From: an uncultured Actinomycetota bacterium
GTDB lineage: Bacteria > Actinomycetota > Actinomycetes > Mycobacteriales > Jatrophihabitantaceae
Reading direction: 5' to 3'
Assembly (NCBI GenBank): GCA_963850835.1
Contig: CAWKNB010000021.1
Span: forward strand, 8,525-72,524
DNA: 64,000 nt
Shown: piece after piece, positions 1 to 11,061 of the stretch
Numbering within the stretch: the stretch's first letter is position 1
How the letters are laid out: every line of letters begins with the position of its first letter
Program-made: the position numbers and the translations under genes
Notes under the pieces: model-generated
Databases searched by the model: none
The model's input: only the letters and a program-made list of their open reading frames with translations
What the model was told of the DNA's origin: nothing

Positions 1-899
1 ACTGCCCCGGCCGGCGGCGTACGCGCACCGCGCCACACCGCACGCAAGGTGCGGCGCAGGTCGACCCCGTCGACCGGCACGGCGCGCAACTGACCAGCGG
101 TCACATCGTCGGCGACGGCCAACTCACTGAGCACTGCCGGGCCCGCTCCGGCCCGCACCGCCTGCCGAACGCCGGCCGACGTGGACAACTCGAGCGCCGG
201 CGCAGCGATCACCGCGTCGTGTCCCAACGCCGCGACGAGCGCGCTGCGCAGCGCGTCGCGAGTGCCCGATCCGGGTTCGCGGGCGACGAGCGGCGTACCG
301 GCAAGCGTTGTGGCCGATACCGGCCGGGTCCGGCGCGCCCACGGGTGGTCGGGCGGCACGACGAGCGTGAGCACGTCATGCCCCACGACCCGACTGCGCA
401 GCGTGCGTGGCACCCGCGGCCCTTCGACGAATCCCAGCTCGGCCGTGCCGCGCTGCACGTGTTCGAGCACGGTGTCGCTGTTCGTCGTGGTGAGCACGAC
501 CTCCGGCGGCGTGCTCCCCCGGACACTCGCCGCGAGTCGTAGCGAGACCAGCCAGCCGGGCAGCAACTGTTCGGCGACGGTCAGGCTCGCACTGATCTTC
601 AGCCGGCGCCGACTGTCGTCGCGCAGCGCTGCGATGCCGGCGTCGACCTCGGCGGCGACCCGCAGCAACCGATCGGCCCATTCGACGACGACCGCGCCTG
701 CTGCGGTGAGCGTCGAGCCGTGCGCGCTGCGCACCAGCAGCGTCACGCCGGTGCGGGCCTCGAGTGCGGACACGCGCGCCGAGATCGCTTGCTGCGTCAC
801 GCCGAATTCGGCGGCGGTGGCGTTCAGGCTGCCGGTGCGTGCCACAGACAGCAGCACGTCGAATGCGGCGAGTTCGGGCATCCGCGGTCCGAGCACCAC
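1..899 (-). CDS. LysR-family transcriptional regulator (3' end runs off the window)
   Basis: Not in the ORF track; translated by hand from GTG at 899: VVLGPRMPELAAFDVLLSVARTGSLNATAAEFGVTQQAISARVSALEARTGVTLLVRSAHGSTLT (LysR HTH), ending ...LRRTLRAVWRGARTPPAGA at the window edge. An in-frame stop upstream at 909-911 bounds the start. Confidence 0.9.
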   Translation of the reverse strand, partial: MVLGPRMPELAAFDVLLSVARTGSLNATAAEFGVTQQAISARVSALEARTGVTLLVRSAHGSTLTAAGAVVVEWADRLLRVAAEVDAGIAALRDDSRRRLKISASLTVAEQLLPGWLVSLRLAASVRGSTPPEVVLTTTNSDTVLEHVQRGTAELGFVEGPRVPRTLRSRVVGHDVLTLVVPPDHPWARRTRPVSATTLAGTPLVAREPGSGTRDALRSALVAALGHDAVIAAPALELSTSAGVRQAVRAGAGPAVLSELAVADDVTAGQLRAVPVDGVDLRRTLRAVWRGARTPPAGA

Positions 900-950
900 G
901 GTCGAAGCCTAAATCGTGTCGCTAAGCTGGGCGCGACCAGATGATGCCCT

Positions 951-1003
951 GGTGTGGAGGCCCGCCTCCCGAACCGCCGACCGTCCGGCTGATGGCTTCT
1001 GCG
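951..1003 (+). ncRNA. Fluoride (crcB) riboswitch, variant
   Basis: GGTGTGGAGGCCCGCC...GAACCGCC...GGCTGATGGCTTCT matches the crcB-motif layout. GGTG/CGCC forms P1 and GAGGCC/GGCTTC the pseudoknot. It lies directly upstream of two crcB genes. Matched by eye, not with a covariance model. Confidence 0.7.
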
Positions 1004-1013
1004 GCGTTCGTCG

Positions 1014-1472
1014 TTGTCCGCGGAAGGAGGTCCGGCTGATGGTCGCGGTGCGCCCTCCGCGCCGCCTCGCCTGCTGCCGCGTCTCGACGTGCGCGAGGTG
1101 GCCGCAGTGTTCGTCGGCGGCGCCGTCGGCACGCTGCTGCGCGCCGCACTCGCACAGGCGTGGAGGCACGGTCCGCACAACTGGCCCTGGCCGACCTTCA
1201 TCGTCAACGTCGTGGCAGCTGCGCTACTCGGGTATTTCGTGACCCGGCTGCAGGAGCGGCTGCCGCTGTCCAGCTATCGCCGACCGCTGCTCGGCACCGG
1301 GATCTGCGGCGGGTTGTCGACGTTCTCCACCATGCAGGTCGAGCTGGTGAGGATGATCGACGCGCACGCCTACGGCCTGGCCGCTGCATACGCCGCGACG
1401 TCGATCGTCGTCGGTTACGCCGCCGTACACCTGTCCACCGCAGCGGTCCGTCGCACCTGGACGCGCCGATGA
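1014..1472 (+). CDS. crcB: Fluoride efflux channel CrcB/FluC (copy 1)
   Basis: [15 protein letters not shown]-like WPTFIVNV, and [12 protein letters not shown] motifs. The start is uncertain: a strong SD (AAGGAGG) with ATG at 1039 is out of frame. Confidence 0.92.
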   Translation: MSAEGGPADGRGAPSAPPRLLPRLDVREVAAVFVGGAVGTLLRAALAQAWRHGPHNWPWPTFIVNVVAAALLGYFVTRLQERLPLSSYRRPLLGTGICGGLSTFSTMQVELVRMIDAHAYGLAAAYAATSIVVGYAAVHLSTAAVRRTWTRR

Positions 1473-1834
1473 GCGTGTGGATCTGGCCGCTCGTGACGCT
1501 CATCGGCGGCGCCGGGTCGGTGGCCAGATTGATGGTCGACGGCGCGGTCGGCGCTCGCCTGGGCCGCGACTTCCCGTACGGCACGCTCGTCGTGAACGTT
1601 TCCGGCGCGGTGATCCTCGGTGTGCTCAGCGGGCTCGCCCTCTCCGACGACGCGGCGTTGTTGGCCGGCACCGCGGCCGTCGGCTCCTACACCACGTTCT
1701 CGACCTGGATGTTGGAGACGCAACGGCTCACCGAGGAGCGCCAGTATCGGCCGGCGATCGTCAACATCGTGGCGAGCCTGGCGCTCGGTGTGGCGGCCGC
1801 GGCACTCGGAAAGTGGTTGGGGGTGCGCATATGA
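1469..1834 (+). CDS. crcB: Fluoride efflux channel CrcB/FluC (copy 2)
   Basis: ATG at 1469 overlaps the crcB1 stop (ATGA). Motifs [20 protein letters not shown] and GSYTTFSTW. Confidence 0.93.
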   Translation: MSVWIWPLVTLIGGAGSVARLMVDGAVGARLGRDFPYGTLVVNVSGAVILGVLSGLALSDDAALLAGTAAVGSYTTFSTWMLETQRLTEERQYRPAIVNIVASLALGVAAAALGKWLGVRI

Positions 1835-2908
1835 GTGACGATGCGTTGAAACTGACGGCCTACTTCGGCGAACGAAAGCGGACCGAGGGCAGGTTCGTCG
1901 CCGAGGCGCTGCTCGACCTGTTCGCGCAGCACCAGCTCGCGACGTCGATCCTGATGCGTGGCGTCGAAGGCTTCGGGATCAGGCACCACCTGCGTACCGA
2001 CAGCTCGCTCACGCTGTCCGAAGACCTGCCGGCAGTGGCCGTCGCCGTGGACACGCGGCAACGCATCGATGCCCTCGTCGGCGACGCCGCCGCCGTCTGC
2101 GAAGGCGCGCTGTTGACCCTCGAACGCGCGCGGCTGTTCAGCGGCAACGACCACGCCATCGCGGTGCCGCCCGCACTCGGCGCGGAAACAAAACTGACCG
2201 TCTACCTCGGCCGGCACGAGCGGGCTGCCGGCTCGCCGGCGTACGCCGCGGTCTGCGACCTCTTGCGGCGCCGCGAGATCGCCGGCGCCAGCACCCTGCT
2301 CGGCGTCGACGGCACGGCGCGCGGCGCTCGGGAACGAGCCCGCTTCTTCGGCGGTAACGCCACGGTGCCGACCATGGTCATTGCGGTCGGCGCGTCCGAG
2401 CGGATCGCCCTGGCGCTGCCCGAGCTGAGCAGCCTGCTGCGCGATCCGCTGGTCACGCTCGAACGCATCCAGGTCTGCAAGCGCGACGGACAGCTGCTCA
2501 GCACCCCGCACCCGTTGCCGGGGACCGATGAGCACGGCCTGACGCTGTGGCAGAAGTTGATGATCTACACGTCGGAGTCGCAGCTGTGGCAGGGTCAGCC
2601 GCTCCACCGCGTCATCACCCGCCGGCTGCGCAGCGCCGGTGCTGCGGGTGCAACCACGCTGCGCGGCATCTGGGGATTCCACGGCGCGGGCGTCCCGCAC
2701 GGCGATCGCACCTGGCAGCTCGGCAGGCAGGTGCCCACGGTCACGATCGCGATCGACACGCCCGCGCGGACCGCGAAATGGTTCGAGATCGTCGACGAGT
2801 TGACGGCCGAGGCCGGCCTGGTCACCAGCGAGATGGTGCCGGCGCTGCGCACCGGTGAGGGTGACGGCGGCGCGGGGCGGGTTGCGCCTGGCCCGGCATC
2901 GATACTGA
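1831..2908 (+). CDS. DUF190 double-domain protein (PII-like), 1-bp frameshift near 2875
   Basis: [14 protein letters not shown]..., ILMRGVEGFG and TTLRGIWGFHG. Removing one G from the G-run at ~2871-2881 gives the natural end ...GGLRLARHRY* (TGA 2906-2908). crcB-crcB-DUF190 is a known actinobacterial arrangement. Confidence 0.85.
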
Positions 2909-2914
2909 CGTCGA

Positions 2915-3419
2915 TCAACCGCGTCCGGGCGTTGTTCTTGCGCTCCAGATGCTCGACGGGCATGCCGGGGCCGGGCTGCGCCTGCACGGTGGCCGGTTCG
3001 GCGATCGGACCGCACGTCTCGCACACCAGCTGCTGCCCCACCGCGGTTCCGCACGTGGCGTGCCGGTAGAGGATCGGCGGCCCGTCCGGCGCCGCCCACG
3101 TGTCACCCCACGCGGTGAGCGCGACGAGCGCGGCGGTCAGGTCGCGGCCCATCTCGGTGAGGATGTACTCGTGCACGTCGGGCTGCCCGGGCGCCGGTTC
3201 GCGGCACATGAGCCCGGCTGCCACGAAGCTGTCCAGGCGATTCTGCAGGACGTTGGTGGCGATCCCCAGCGAGCGCTGGAAATCGCTGTAGCGCGTCGTG
3301 CCCGCAAAGACCGCATCGCGAATGATGAGCAGGCTCCACCGCTCGCCGACGAATTCCAGCGCGCGCGAGATCGAACAGATCTCTGCGTCGTAGGTCCTGC
3401 CGAGCACCCTGTCGAGCAT
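2915..3419 (-). CDS. HxlR-family winged-helix regulator (3' end uncertain)
   Basis: CSISRALEFVGERWSLLIIRDA, RYSDFQRSLGIATNVLQNRL and EYILTEMGRDL. The ORF reads through to 2595; a stop at 2915 is reachable with one indel. Confidence 0.85.
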
Positions 3420-3483
3420 AGACACCGAGCTTGCATGACGAAAGCGACGCAGGCTGCGTCATAGCCGAGGACCGGCTGCGAGG

Positions 3484-6400
3484 ATGTCGCCTGTGATCGA
3501 TGGGTCGGGAACCGCCGAACAGCTCGCGGTGCGCCCGCGAATCCTCGGCGACCACGACGACGCCCCGCCGGCCCGGACGCTGCTGGACGTGTTCGCGGCG
3601 AGCGTGGCCGCCCATCCCGATGCGCCGGCCGTCGACGACGGACGCACCGCGATGTCGTACAGCGAGCTGGCCGGCGCTGCCGAGGCGCTCGCCGACCGGC
3701 TGGCCGCCGCGGGCGTGGGTCGTGGCGATCGCGTCGGCGTCCGGCTGCCCTCGGGAACGTGCGGGCTCTACGTCGCGATCCTCGGCGGTGCTGGCGGCCG
3801 GGGCGGCGTACGTGCCGGTCGACGCGGACGACCCCGACGAACGCGCCCGGCTGGTCTTCGGCGAGGCCGGGGTCACATTGGTCCTGGATGCGGACTCGAA
3901 TCTGCCCGGCGTGGACGGCGTGCTCCGCCAGCGACCGCAGCTCGGCGACGACGCCTGGATCATCTTCACCTCGGGGTCGACCGGGACGCCGAAAGGGGTG
4001 GCGGTCAGCCACCGCAGCGCGGCCGCGTTCGTCGACGCCGAGGCGCGGTTGTTCCTGGTGCGGCGAGCCGATCCGCCCGGGTGACCGGGTGCTCGCCGGC
4101 CTGTCGGTGGCGTTCGACGCGTCGTGCGAAGAGATGTGGTTGGCGTGGCGCCACGGCGGATGCCTGGTACCCGCGCCGCGCTCCCTGGTGCGCAGCGGGG
4201 TCGACCTGGGTCCGTGGCTCGTGGATCAGCGGATCACGGTGGTGTCCACCGTGCCGACCCTGGCCGCGCTGTGGCCGCACGACTGCCTCGACGGCGTCCG
4301 GTTGCTCATCTTCGGCGGTGAAGCGTGTCCGCCGGAGTTGGCCGAGCGGTTGGTCGAGGACGGCCGCGAGGTGTGGAACACCTACGGCCCGACGGAGGCC
4401 ACCGTGGTGGCCTGTGCAGCGCCGTTGACCGAAGACGGCCCGGTGCGCATCGGGCTGCCGCTCGACGGCTGGGAGCTCGCCGTCGTCGACAAGGACCGGC
4501 GGCCGGTCGACGTCGGCGAGATCGGCGAACTGATCATCGGCGGGGTGGGCCTGGCCCGGTATCTCGATCCGGCGAAGGACGCCGAGAAGTTCGCCGCGAT
4601 GCCCGAACTCGGCTGGCCGCGGGCGTATCGCAGCGGCGACCTCGTGCGGTTCGACCCGGCCGGGTTGCTGTTCGTCGGCCGCGCCGACGAGCAGGTCAAG
4701 CTCGGCGGCCGCCGGATCGAGCTCGGCGAGGTCGACGCGGCGCTGCAGGCGTTGCCGGATGTGGCGGGCGCCGCCGCAGCAGTTCGGAAAACGAAGGCCG
4801 GGAATCAGATCCTGGTCGGGTACGTCGTCGCCGGGTCGGGGTTCGACCAGAACGCGGCTGTGGCGCACCTGCGCGACGTGCTGCCCGCGGCGCTGGTCCC
4901 GAGCCTGGCCGTCGTCGAGACGTTGCCGACCCGGACGTCCGGCAAGGTCGACCGTGATGCGCTGCCCTGGCCGCTGCCGTCGGTGCAGGGCGCACCGGCC
5001 CACAACCTCACCGGCACCGCCGGCTGGCTGGCGACCCACTGGTCGGAGATCCTCGGCGCGGCGGTCACCGGGCCGGACGACGACTTCTTCGCCCACGGTG
5101 GCGGCAGCCTGTCGGCTGCGCAACTGGTCTCGGTGTTGCGAACCCGCTATCCGCAGGCGACCGTCGCGGATCTCTATCAGCACCCGCGTCTCGGCGATCT
5201 GGCGCAGTTGCTCGACTCCACATCGACGTCTGCCGCAATCGAGACGCGGACGGTGCGCCCGACGCCGCTGACGTCGCAGGCGGTGCAGATCGCGGTCACT
5301 GCCGTGGTGAACACGCTTGCCGGGTTGCGCTGGCTCACCGTCCTCGCGGCTCTGAACAACCTGCTCAGCTGGACCGGCAGCTACTCGTGGGCACCGACGC
5401 TGTCCTGGTGGTGGGTGCTGGCCGGCTTCGTGGTGTTCATGAGCCCGCTCGGCCGGATGGCGATCTCGATCGCCGGCGCCCGGTTGCTGCTGCGCGGGCT
5501 GCGGCCGGGCACGTACCCGCGCGGCGGCAGCGTGCATCTGCGGATCTGGTCGGCCGAACGTCTGGCCGAGGCGGTGGGTGCTGCCAACCTTGCCGGCGCA
5601 CCGTGGATCGTCTACTACGCAAAGGCGTTGGGCGCCAAGGTGGGCCGCGGCGTCGACCTGCACACGCTGCCACCGATCACCGGGATGATGACGCTCGGCA
5701 AGTTCTGTTCGATCGAACCCGAGGTCGATCTGTCCGGCTACTGGGTCGACGGCGACCTGCTCCGGCTGGGCGCCGTCCGGGTCGGCGCCAACACGACCGT
5801 GGGCTCGCGCAGCACGCTCGGTCCGGGCACCCAGATCGGCGCGAGCGCTCAAGTGGCACCGGGGTCGTGGGTGTCCGGAGTGATCCCCGACGGCGAGCGA
5901 TGGGCCGGCGCGCCCGCGGCCAAGGAGGGCCGGGCCCGGCACGAGGGCCCGAACCGCCGCCCACCACGCGCCGTCGGATGGTTGGTGATGTACGGATTCA
6001 CCTCGGCGTTCCTGTCCGCGTTGCCGTTGCTGGCAGCGATCCCCGGACTGCTCATCATCGCCGCGTTCGTCCGGCACTCCGGTTCCTTGGCGTCGGCGGC
6101 GGGCGGGGCGATGGCGGCCGTACCGCTCGCTACGCTCGCCTGGCTGGTCACCTACGCCGTGCTGACGGTGGTGATCGTCCGGATGCTCGGCATCGGATTG
6201 CGCGAGGGCTACCACCCGGTGCGCAGCCGGATCGGCTGGCAGGCCTGGGCCACCGAGCGGGTCATGGACGCCGCCCGTACCTTGCTCTTCCCGCTGTACT
6301 CCAGCCTGCTCACCCCGGTGTGGCTGCGGGCGCTCGGTGCCAAGGTGGGCCGCGACGTCGAGGCATCGACGGTGTTGTTGCTGCCCAAGATGACCACGGT

Positions 6401-7361
6401 CGGCGACGGCGCGTTCCTCGCCGACGACACCATGGTCGCGTCCTACGAACTCGCCGGCGGCTGGCTGCACATCTCCCCCGCCCGGGTCGGGAAGCGCGCC
6501 TTCCTCGGCAATTCCGGGATGGCCGCGCCCGGTCGCGTCGTGCCGAAGAACGGCCTCGTGGCAGTGCTGTCCGCAGCGCCGCAGAAGGCCAAGAAGGGTT
6601 CGTCCTGGCTCGGCAGCCCGCCGGTGCAGCTGCGCCGGGCGGCCGACACCGCCGACCAGAGCCGCACGTTCGCACCGCCGGTGCGCCTCAAGGTGGCCCG
6701 CGCCGCGGTGGAGACCGGGCGATTGATCCCGACGATGTGCACCGTCGCGATCGGGGTCGGGTTGCTGCTGACGCTCGAGCTGATCGTCGGCGAGATCTCG
6801 TTCCTCGCGGCGGGTCTGCTGGGCGGGCTGACACTGCTCGCGGCCGGAGCCGTGGCCGGCGGGGTGGCCGCAGTGGCCAAGTGGGTGCTGGTCGGCCGCA
6901 TCCGGGTCACGGAATACCCACTGTGGAGCTCGTTCGTGTGGCGCAACGAGGTGATGGATACCTTCGTCGAGATGGTCGCCGCGCCGTGGTTCGCGAGCGC
7001 CGCGTCGGGGACGTCGGTGCTCAACCTGTGGCTACGCAGCCTCGGCGCGCGCATCGGGCGGGGCGTGTGGTGCGAGACCTACTGGCTGCCGGAGGCCGAC
7101 CTGATCACGCTCGGTGACGGCGCCACCGTGAATCGCGGGTGCGTGCTGCAGACCCACCTGTTCCATGATCGGATATTGCGGATGGACACCGTCGAGCTCG
7201 CCCCGGGCGCCACGCTGGGGCCGCACGGCATCGTCCTGCCCGCCGCGTCGATCGGCCCGGGCGCCACCGTCGGGCCGGCCTCACTCGTGATGCGCGGCGA
7301 GGCGGTCCCGGCCGGGTCTCGGTGGATCGGCAATCCGATCGCGCCGTGGACCACGACGTGA
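3484..7361 (+). CDS. pls: Pls/PosA-family membrane-bound NRPS (epsilon-poly-L-lysine synthetase-like), two +1 frameshifts (~3785, ~4060)
   Basis: A-domain cores IIFTSGSTGTPKG, FDASCEEMWLAW, NTYGPTEAT, YRSGDL and PTRTSGKVDR. PCP motif FFAHGGGSLSAAQL. Three TM-pair plus left-handed beta-helix repeats. Assembled from the three ORFs at 3484, 3500 and 3759. Confidence 0.9.
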
Positions 7362-8701
7362 AGCCGCACGCTTCGGACTCGCCCAGTCACGGCTCGAGCT
7401 CCGCCGGTGACCCGTACGTGCCCGACAGCGGCAACGGCGGCTACCGGATCACCCGCTACGAACTCGACCTCACCTACCGAATGAGCAGCAATCTGTTGCA
7501 CGGACGCGCTCGGCTGTTCGCGGTGGCCGGTCAGTCGTTGTCGCGATTCACCCTCGACCTCGCCGGTCTGCGGGTGGCGAAGGTCAGCGTGAACGGACAC
7601 CGGGCGCATCGCTTCAGCAACCGGGGTCGCAAGCTGCGTGTGTGGCCGCATCAGCCCGTGAGCGTCGGCGCGACCTTCACCGTCGACATCCAGTACTCGG
7701 GGAACCCGCGACCGCTCCGTGGTCCGTGGGGCGAACTCGGCTGGGACGAGCTCACCGACGGTGCGCTGGTGGCCAACCAGCCCAACGGCGCGGCGTCGTG
7801 GTTCCCCTGCAACGATCACCCCAGTAACAAGGCCAGCTACCGGATCACCGTCACCACCGATTCCCCGTATCGCGTCGTCGCCAACGGCCGCCTGCTGGAC
7901 CACACGGTGCGCGGCAGCAACACCACGTGGGTCTACGACCAGCCCGAGCCGATGGCCACCTATCTCGCGAGCGTGCAGATCGGCCAGTACGAACTTCTCA
8001 ACGTCGCCAAGAAGCCGGTGCGACAACAGGCGGCGTTGCCCCAGCGCCACCGTCAGGAATTCGCGACTCGGTTCGGCCGCCAGCCGGAGATGATGTCAGC
8101 CTTCGAGAAGCTGTTCGGTCCATTTCCTTTTCCGCAATACACGATCGTAGTCACCGACGACGACCTCGAGATCCCGATCGAGGCGCAGAGCATGTCGATC
8201 TTCGGCGCCGACATCCTGGGCGACGACGGTGACGAACGGCTGATCGCCCACGAACTTGCGCATCAGTGGTTCGGCAACAGCCTGACCGCGGATGCCTGGG
8301 AACACATCTGGTTGCACGAGGGATTCGCGTGCTACGCCGAGTGGTTGTGGTCCGAGGAGTCCGGCAGTACGTCGGCCGCGCGCCTGGCCGCCCGCCACCA
8401 CGAACGGCTGGCGGGCCTGCCGCAGGATCTCGTGATCGCCGATCCGGGGCCGCAGCTGATGTTCGACGACCGGCTCTACAAGCGCGGCGCGCTGACGTTG
8501 CACGCGATTCGGCGCACCGTGGGTGACAAAGCGTTCTTCGCGCTGCTGCGCGACTGGGTGGCCGCTCACCGACACGGCAGCGTCAACACGGCGCTGTTCG
8601 TGGCGCACGCCGAGCAGTACGCCGAGCGCTCGCTGCGTCCGTTGTTCACCGAGTGGCTCCTCCACAAACCGCTGCCCGCCCTGCCGGCCGGTCGCCGGTG
8701 A
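7358..8701 (+). CDS. M1-family zinc metallopeptidase
   Basis: HELAH...WLHEGFA (HExxH-18-E) and YKRGALTLH. GTG at 7358 overlaps the pls stop (GTGA). Confidence 0.92.
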   Translation: MKPHASDSPSHGSSSAGDPYVPDSGNGGYRITRYELDLTYRMSSNLLHGRARLFAVAGQSLSRFTLDLAGLRVAKVSVNGHRAHRFSNRGRKLRVWPHQPVSVGATFTVDIQYSGNPRPLRGPWGELGWDELTDGALVANQPNGAASWFPCNDHPSNKASYRITVTTDSPYRVVANGRLLDHTVRGSNTTWVYDQPEPMATYLASVQIGQYELLNVAKKPVRQQAALPQRHRQEFATRFGRQPEMMSAFEKLFGPFPFPQYTIVVTDDDLEIPIEAQSMSIFGADILGDDGDERLIAHELAHQWFGNSLTADAWEHIWLHEGFACYAEWLWSEESGSTSAARLAARHHERLAGLPQDLVIADPGPQLMFDDRLYKRGALTLHAIRRTVGDKAFFALLRDWVAAHRHGSVNTALFVAHAEQYAERSLRPLFTEWLLHKPLPALPAGRR

Positions 8702-9765
8702 CGCCGGACGACCACGCCGCCATCGCGGCGCAGTTCGTCGGCGCCGGCGCCGAGGACTTCCCGACCTCGCCGCTGTATCGCTCGCTGCGCCCGGTGGTGG
8801 CCGGGCAACCGGACCTGCTCGAGCTGCTGAGCCATCGCCGGCCCGGTCAGCAGGCGCCCTACCTGTTCTTCGGCGCGGTGCACTACCTGCTGCTGGCCGG
8901 CGCCGAACATCCGCTGCGGGACTACTTCCCTTCGCTTGTGGGTGATGCGGCGAAGGACCCGAACGATGCCGGCTCGGTGCTGCTCGACTTCTGCCGCGAG
9001 CATGTCGACCACCTGGAACCATTGATCCGCACCCGACTCGTCCAGACCAACGCGGTACGCCGCGTCGTCGGGCTCCGGGTGGCGCTGGCGGCGATCTGCG
9101 CGCAGACCCACGGCACACCGGTCCATCTCGTCGAGGTCGGCGCCAGCGCAGGAGTCCATCTGTTCGTCGATCGGTATCGGTACGACCTCGACGGGATCTT
9201 CGCCGGTCCGCCCGATGCCGAGGTCACGATCCGAAGCACGTGGCGTGGGCCGGGCGCGGCGCCTCCGCTCGATCCCGTTCCGCCGATCGCGAGCCGGGTC
9301 GGGATCGACCTGCACCCGGTCGATGTCACCGACCCCGACGAGCGTCGCTGGCTGCGGGCGCTCGTCTGGCCGGAGAACCTGGCCGATGCCGAGCTCCTCG
9401 AACACGCCATGGACGTCGTCGCCGCCGACCCGCCCCCGCTCGTCGCGGGCGATGCCATCGACATGGTGCCGGAGATCGGCGCCGGCCTGCCGGACGGCGA
9501 ACCGTGCGTGGTCTTCCACGCCGCCACACGCATGCACGTTCCGACGGATCGCCGCGCCGCCTTCGACGACGCGATCGATGCGCTGGCCGGGCGCGGGCCG
9601 CTGATCCACATCTGGCTCGAGCCCGATCCGCACCGGGGCGACGCCGCCGACGACCGGCCGGCGCTGCGAATGCACCGCGACCGCGAAGCCACCCAGAACG
9701 TGATCCTGATGAGTGGTCACGGTCAATGGCTGGCACCGATCAGCGAGCGCGACGCGCCTCGATGA
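8698..9765 (+). CDS. DUF2332-family protein (SAM-methyltransferase-like motif I)
   Basis: VQTNAVRR, LVEVGASAGVHL, RVGIDLHPVD and WLRALVWPE. GTG at 8698 overlaps the peptidase stop (GTGA). Confidence 0.8.
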   Translation: MTPDDHAAIAAQFVGAGAEDFPTSPLYRSLRPVVAGQPDLLELLSHRRPGQQAPYLFFGAVHYLLLAGAEHPLRDYFPSLVGDAAKDPNDAGSVLLDFCREHVDHLEPLIRTRLVQTNAVRRVVGLRVALAAICAQTHGTPVHLVEVGASAGVHLFVDRYRYDLDGIFAGPPDAEVTIRSTWRGPGAAPPLDPVPPIASRVGIDLHPVDVTDPDERRWLRALVWPENLADAELLEHAMDVVAADPPPLVAGDAIDMVPEIGAGLPDGEPCVVFHAATRMHVPTDRRAAFDDAIDALAGRGPLIHIWLEPDPHRGDAADDRPALRMHRDREATQNVILMSGHGQWLAPISERDAPR

Positions 9766-10495
9766 GGTGCCGGGTCGAATGGGCCACGAACACGCCGTCG
9801 CGCCTGATCCGCGCGTCGAGAGCGCGAAGCCGGTCGCGGTAACGCCCCACGCCGAAGTCCGGCACCCACCAGACGCACTTGCGCAGGATGTAGACCACGG
9901 CAGCGATGTCGAAGAAGTCCATCCGGCACCGGGCCGTGCGCAGGTCGGTCACGACCAGACCGGCACTCTCGGCGGCCGCTGCCTCGCGGAGCGGATCTCG
10001 TTCCAGCCGGTGGTCCGGTAACGGGCCGAGGAAGTACTCGATCAGCTCGAATGCCGACGCCGGGCCGACGTGTTGGGCCAGGTAGTGGCCACCAGACACC
10101 AGTACACGGTGGAACTCTGTCCAATCAGGTCGCACCGGATGTCGCGCGGTGACCAGGTCGAACGTCGCATCGGCGAACGGGAGCGGCATGCCTTCCCGCG
10201 TGACATGCACCTCGACCCCACGCGGTCCGAGCAACTCCCGCGCCCGGGCGGCGTTCGGCGGCCACGACTCCGTGACACACATCCGGGCCGGCAGCCGGGC
10301 GGCTTCGGCGAGCACCTCGCCGCCGCCGGTGTCGATGTCCACTGCGGATCGCACCGTCGGCAGCCGCCTGGCCAACAAGCGCGCGTAACCCCACGGCGGC
10401 CGTTCCTCGGTCGCCCGCCCGTCGAGCCAGCTGAAGTCCCATCCCGTCACGTCAGCCGACGCGCCCTCGGCCACCAGCTCGTCGAAGGCCCGCAC
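9740..10495 (-). CDS. Class I SAM-dependent methyltransferase
   Basis: GWDFSWLDGR, VDIDTGGGE, TESWPPN and LPFADATFDLVTARHP. Confidence 0.88.
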   Translation of the reverse strand: MRAFDELVAEGASADVTGWDFSWLDGRATEERPPWGYARLLARRLPTVRSAVDIDTGGGEVLAEAARLPARMCVTESWPPNAARARELLGPRGVEVHVTREGMPLPFADATFDLVTARHPVRPDWTEFHRVLVSGGHYLAQHVGPASAFELIEYFLGPLPDHRLERDPLREAAAAESAGLVVTDLRTARCRMDFFDIAAVVYILRKCVWWVPDFGVGRYRDRLRALDARIRRDGVFVAHSTRHLIEARRAR

Positions 10496-10680
10496 ACCCG
10501 AGATTGTGGCTCAACGAGGTGACGGTCGTTGCAGCAGGTCGAGCCCGGGTGTCATCGCCCCCGTCGCGGCTCGGTACGAGTGTCCTCCCGGCGCACGCGC
10601 CGTTCCAGGGCACTGCACAACCGTTCCCGCGGGAGTCACGCCTTCCACGTGACAGCGTTCTGGTCCCGAAGGAGGACACC

Positions 10681-11061
10681 ATGCCCAGCACCAATCGGAT
10701 GTCGACCCCGGTCGGCGTCGACATCGAGCAGCTCGAGGGGCGCTATGCCCCGCTTGGCGACTACACCGTCGGCTTCGAGCGTTTCAAGCAGGACACCGAC
10801 CCAGCGCCGTACTTCGTCGGGCTGCCCGACGACCGCTGCCAGTGTCCGCACTGGGGCGTGGTGAATGCGGGACAGCTCACCTTCCGCTGGCTTGACCACG
10901 AGGAGACCTACGTCGCGGGCGACGCGTACTACGCACCGCCCGGGCATCTTCCGTTGTTGACCGGCGGCACGTCGATCGTCGAGTTCAGCCCGAGCGCGGA
11001 TCTGGCGGCGACCATGGCCGTCGTCGAACGGAACCTGACCGCGCAAGCAGCGACATCATGA
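10681..11061 (+). CDS. Cupin-fold protein
   Basis: SD AAGGAGG at 10669-10675. CQCPHWGVVNAGQL and AGDAYYAPPGHLP are cupin motifs 1 and 2. Confidence 0.75.
   Translation: MPSTNRMSTPVGVDIEQLEGRYAPLGDYTVGFERFKQDTDPAPYFVGLPDDRCQCPHWGVVNAGQLTFRWLDHEETYVAGDAYYAPPGHLPLLTGGTSIVEFSPSADLAATMAVVERNLTAQAATS

Noticed and set aside
181-912. 243-aa + strand ORF
   Set aside because: Antisense shadow of the LysR gene.
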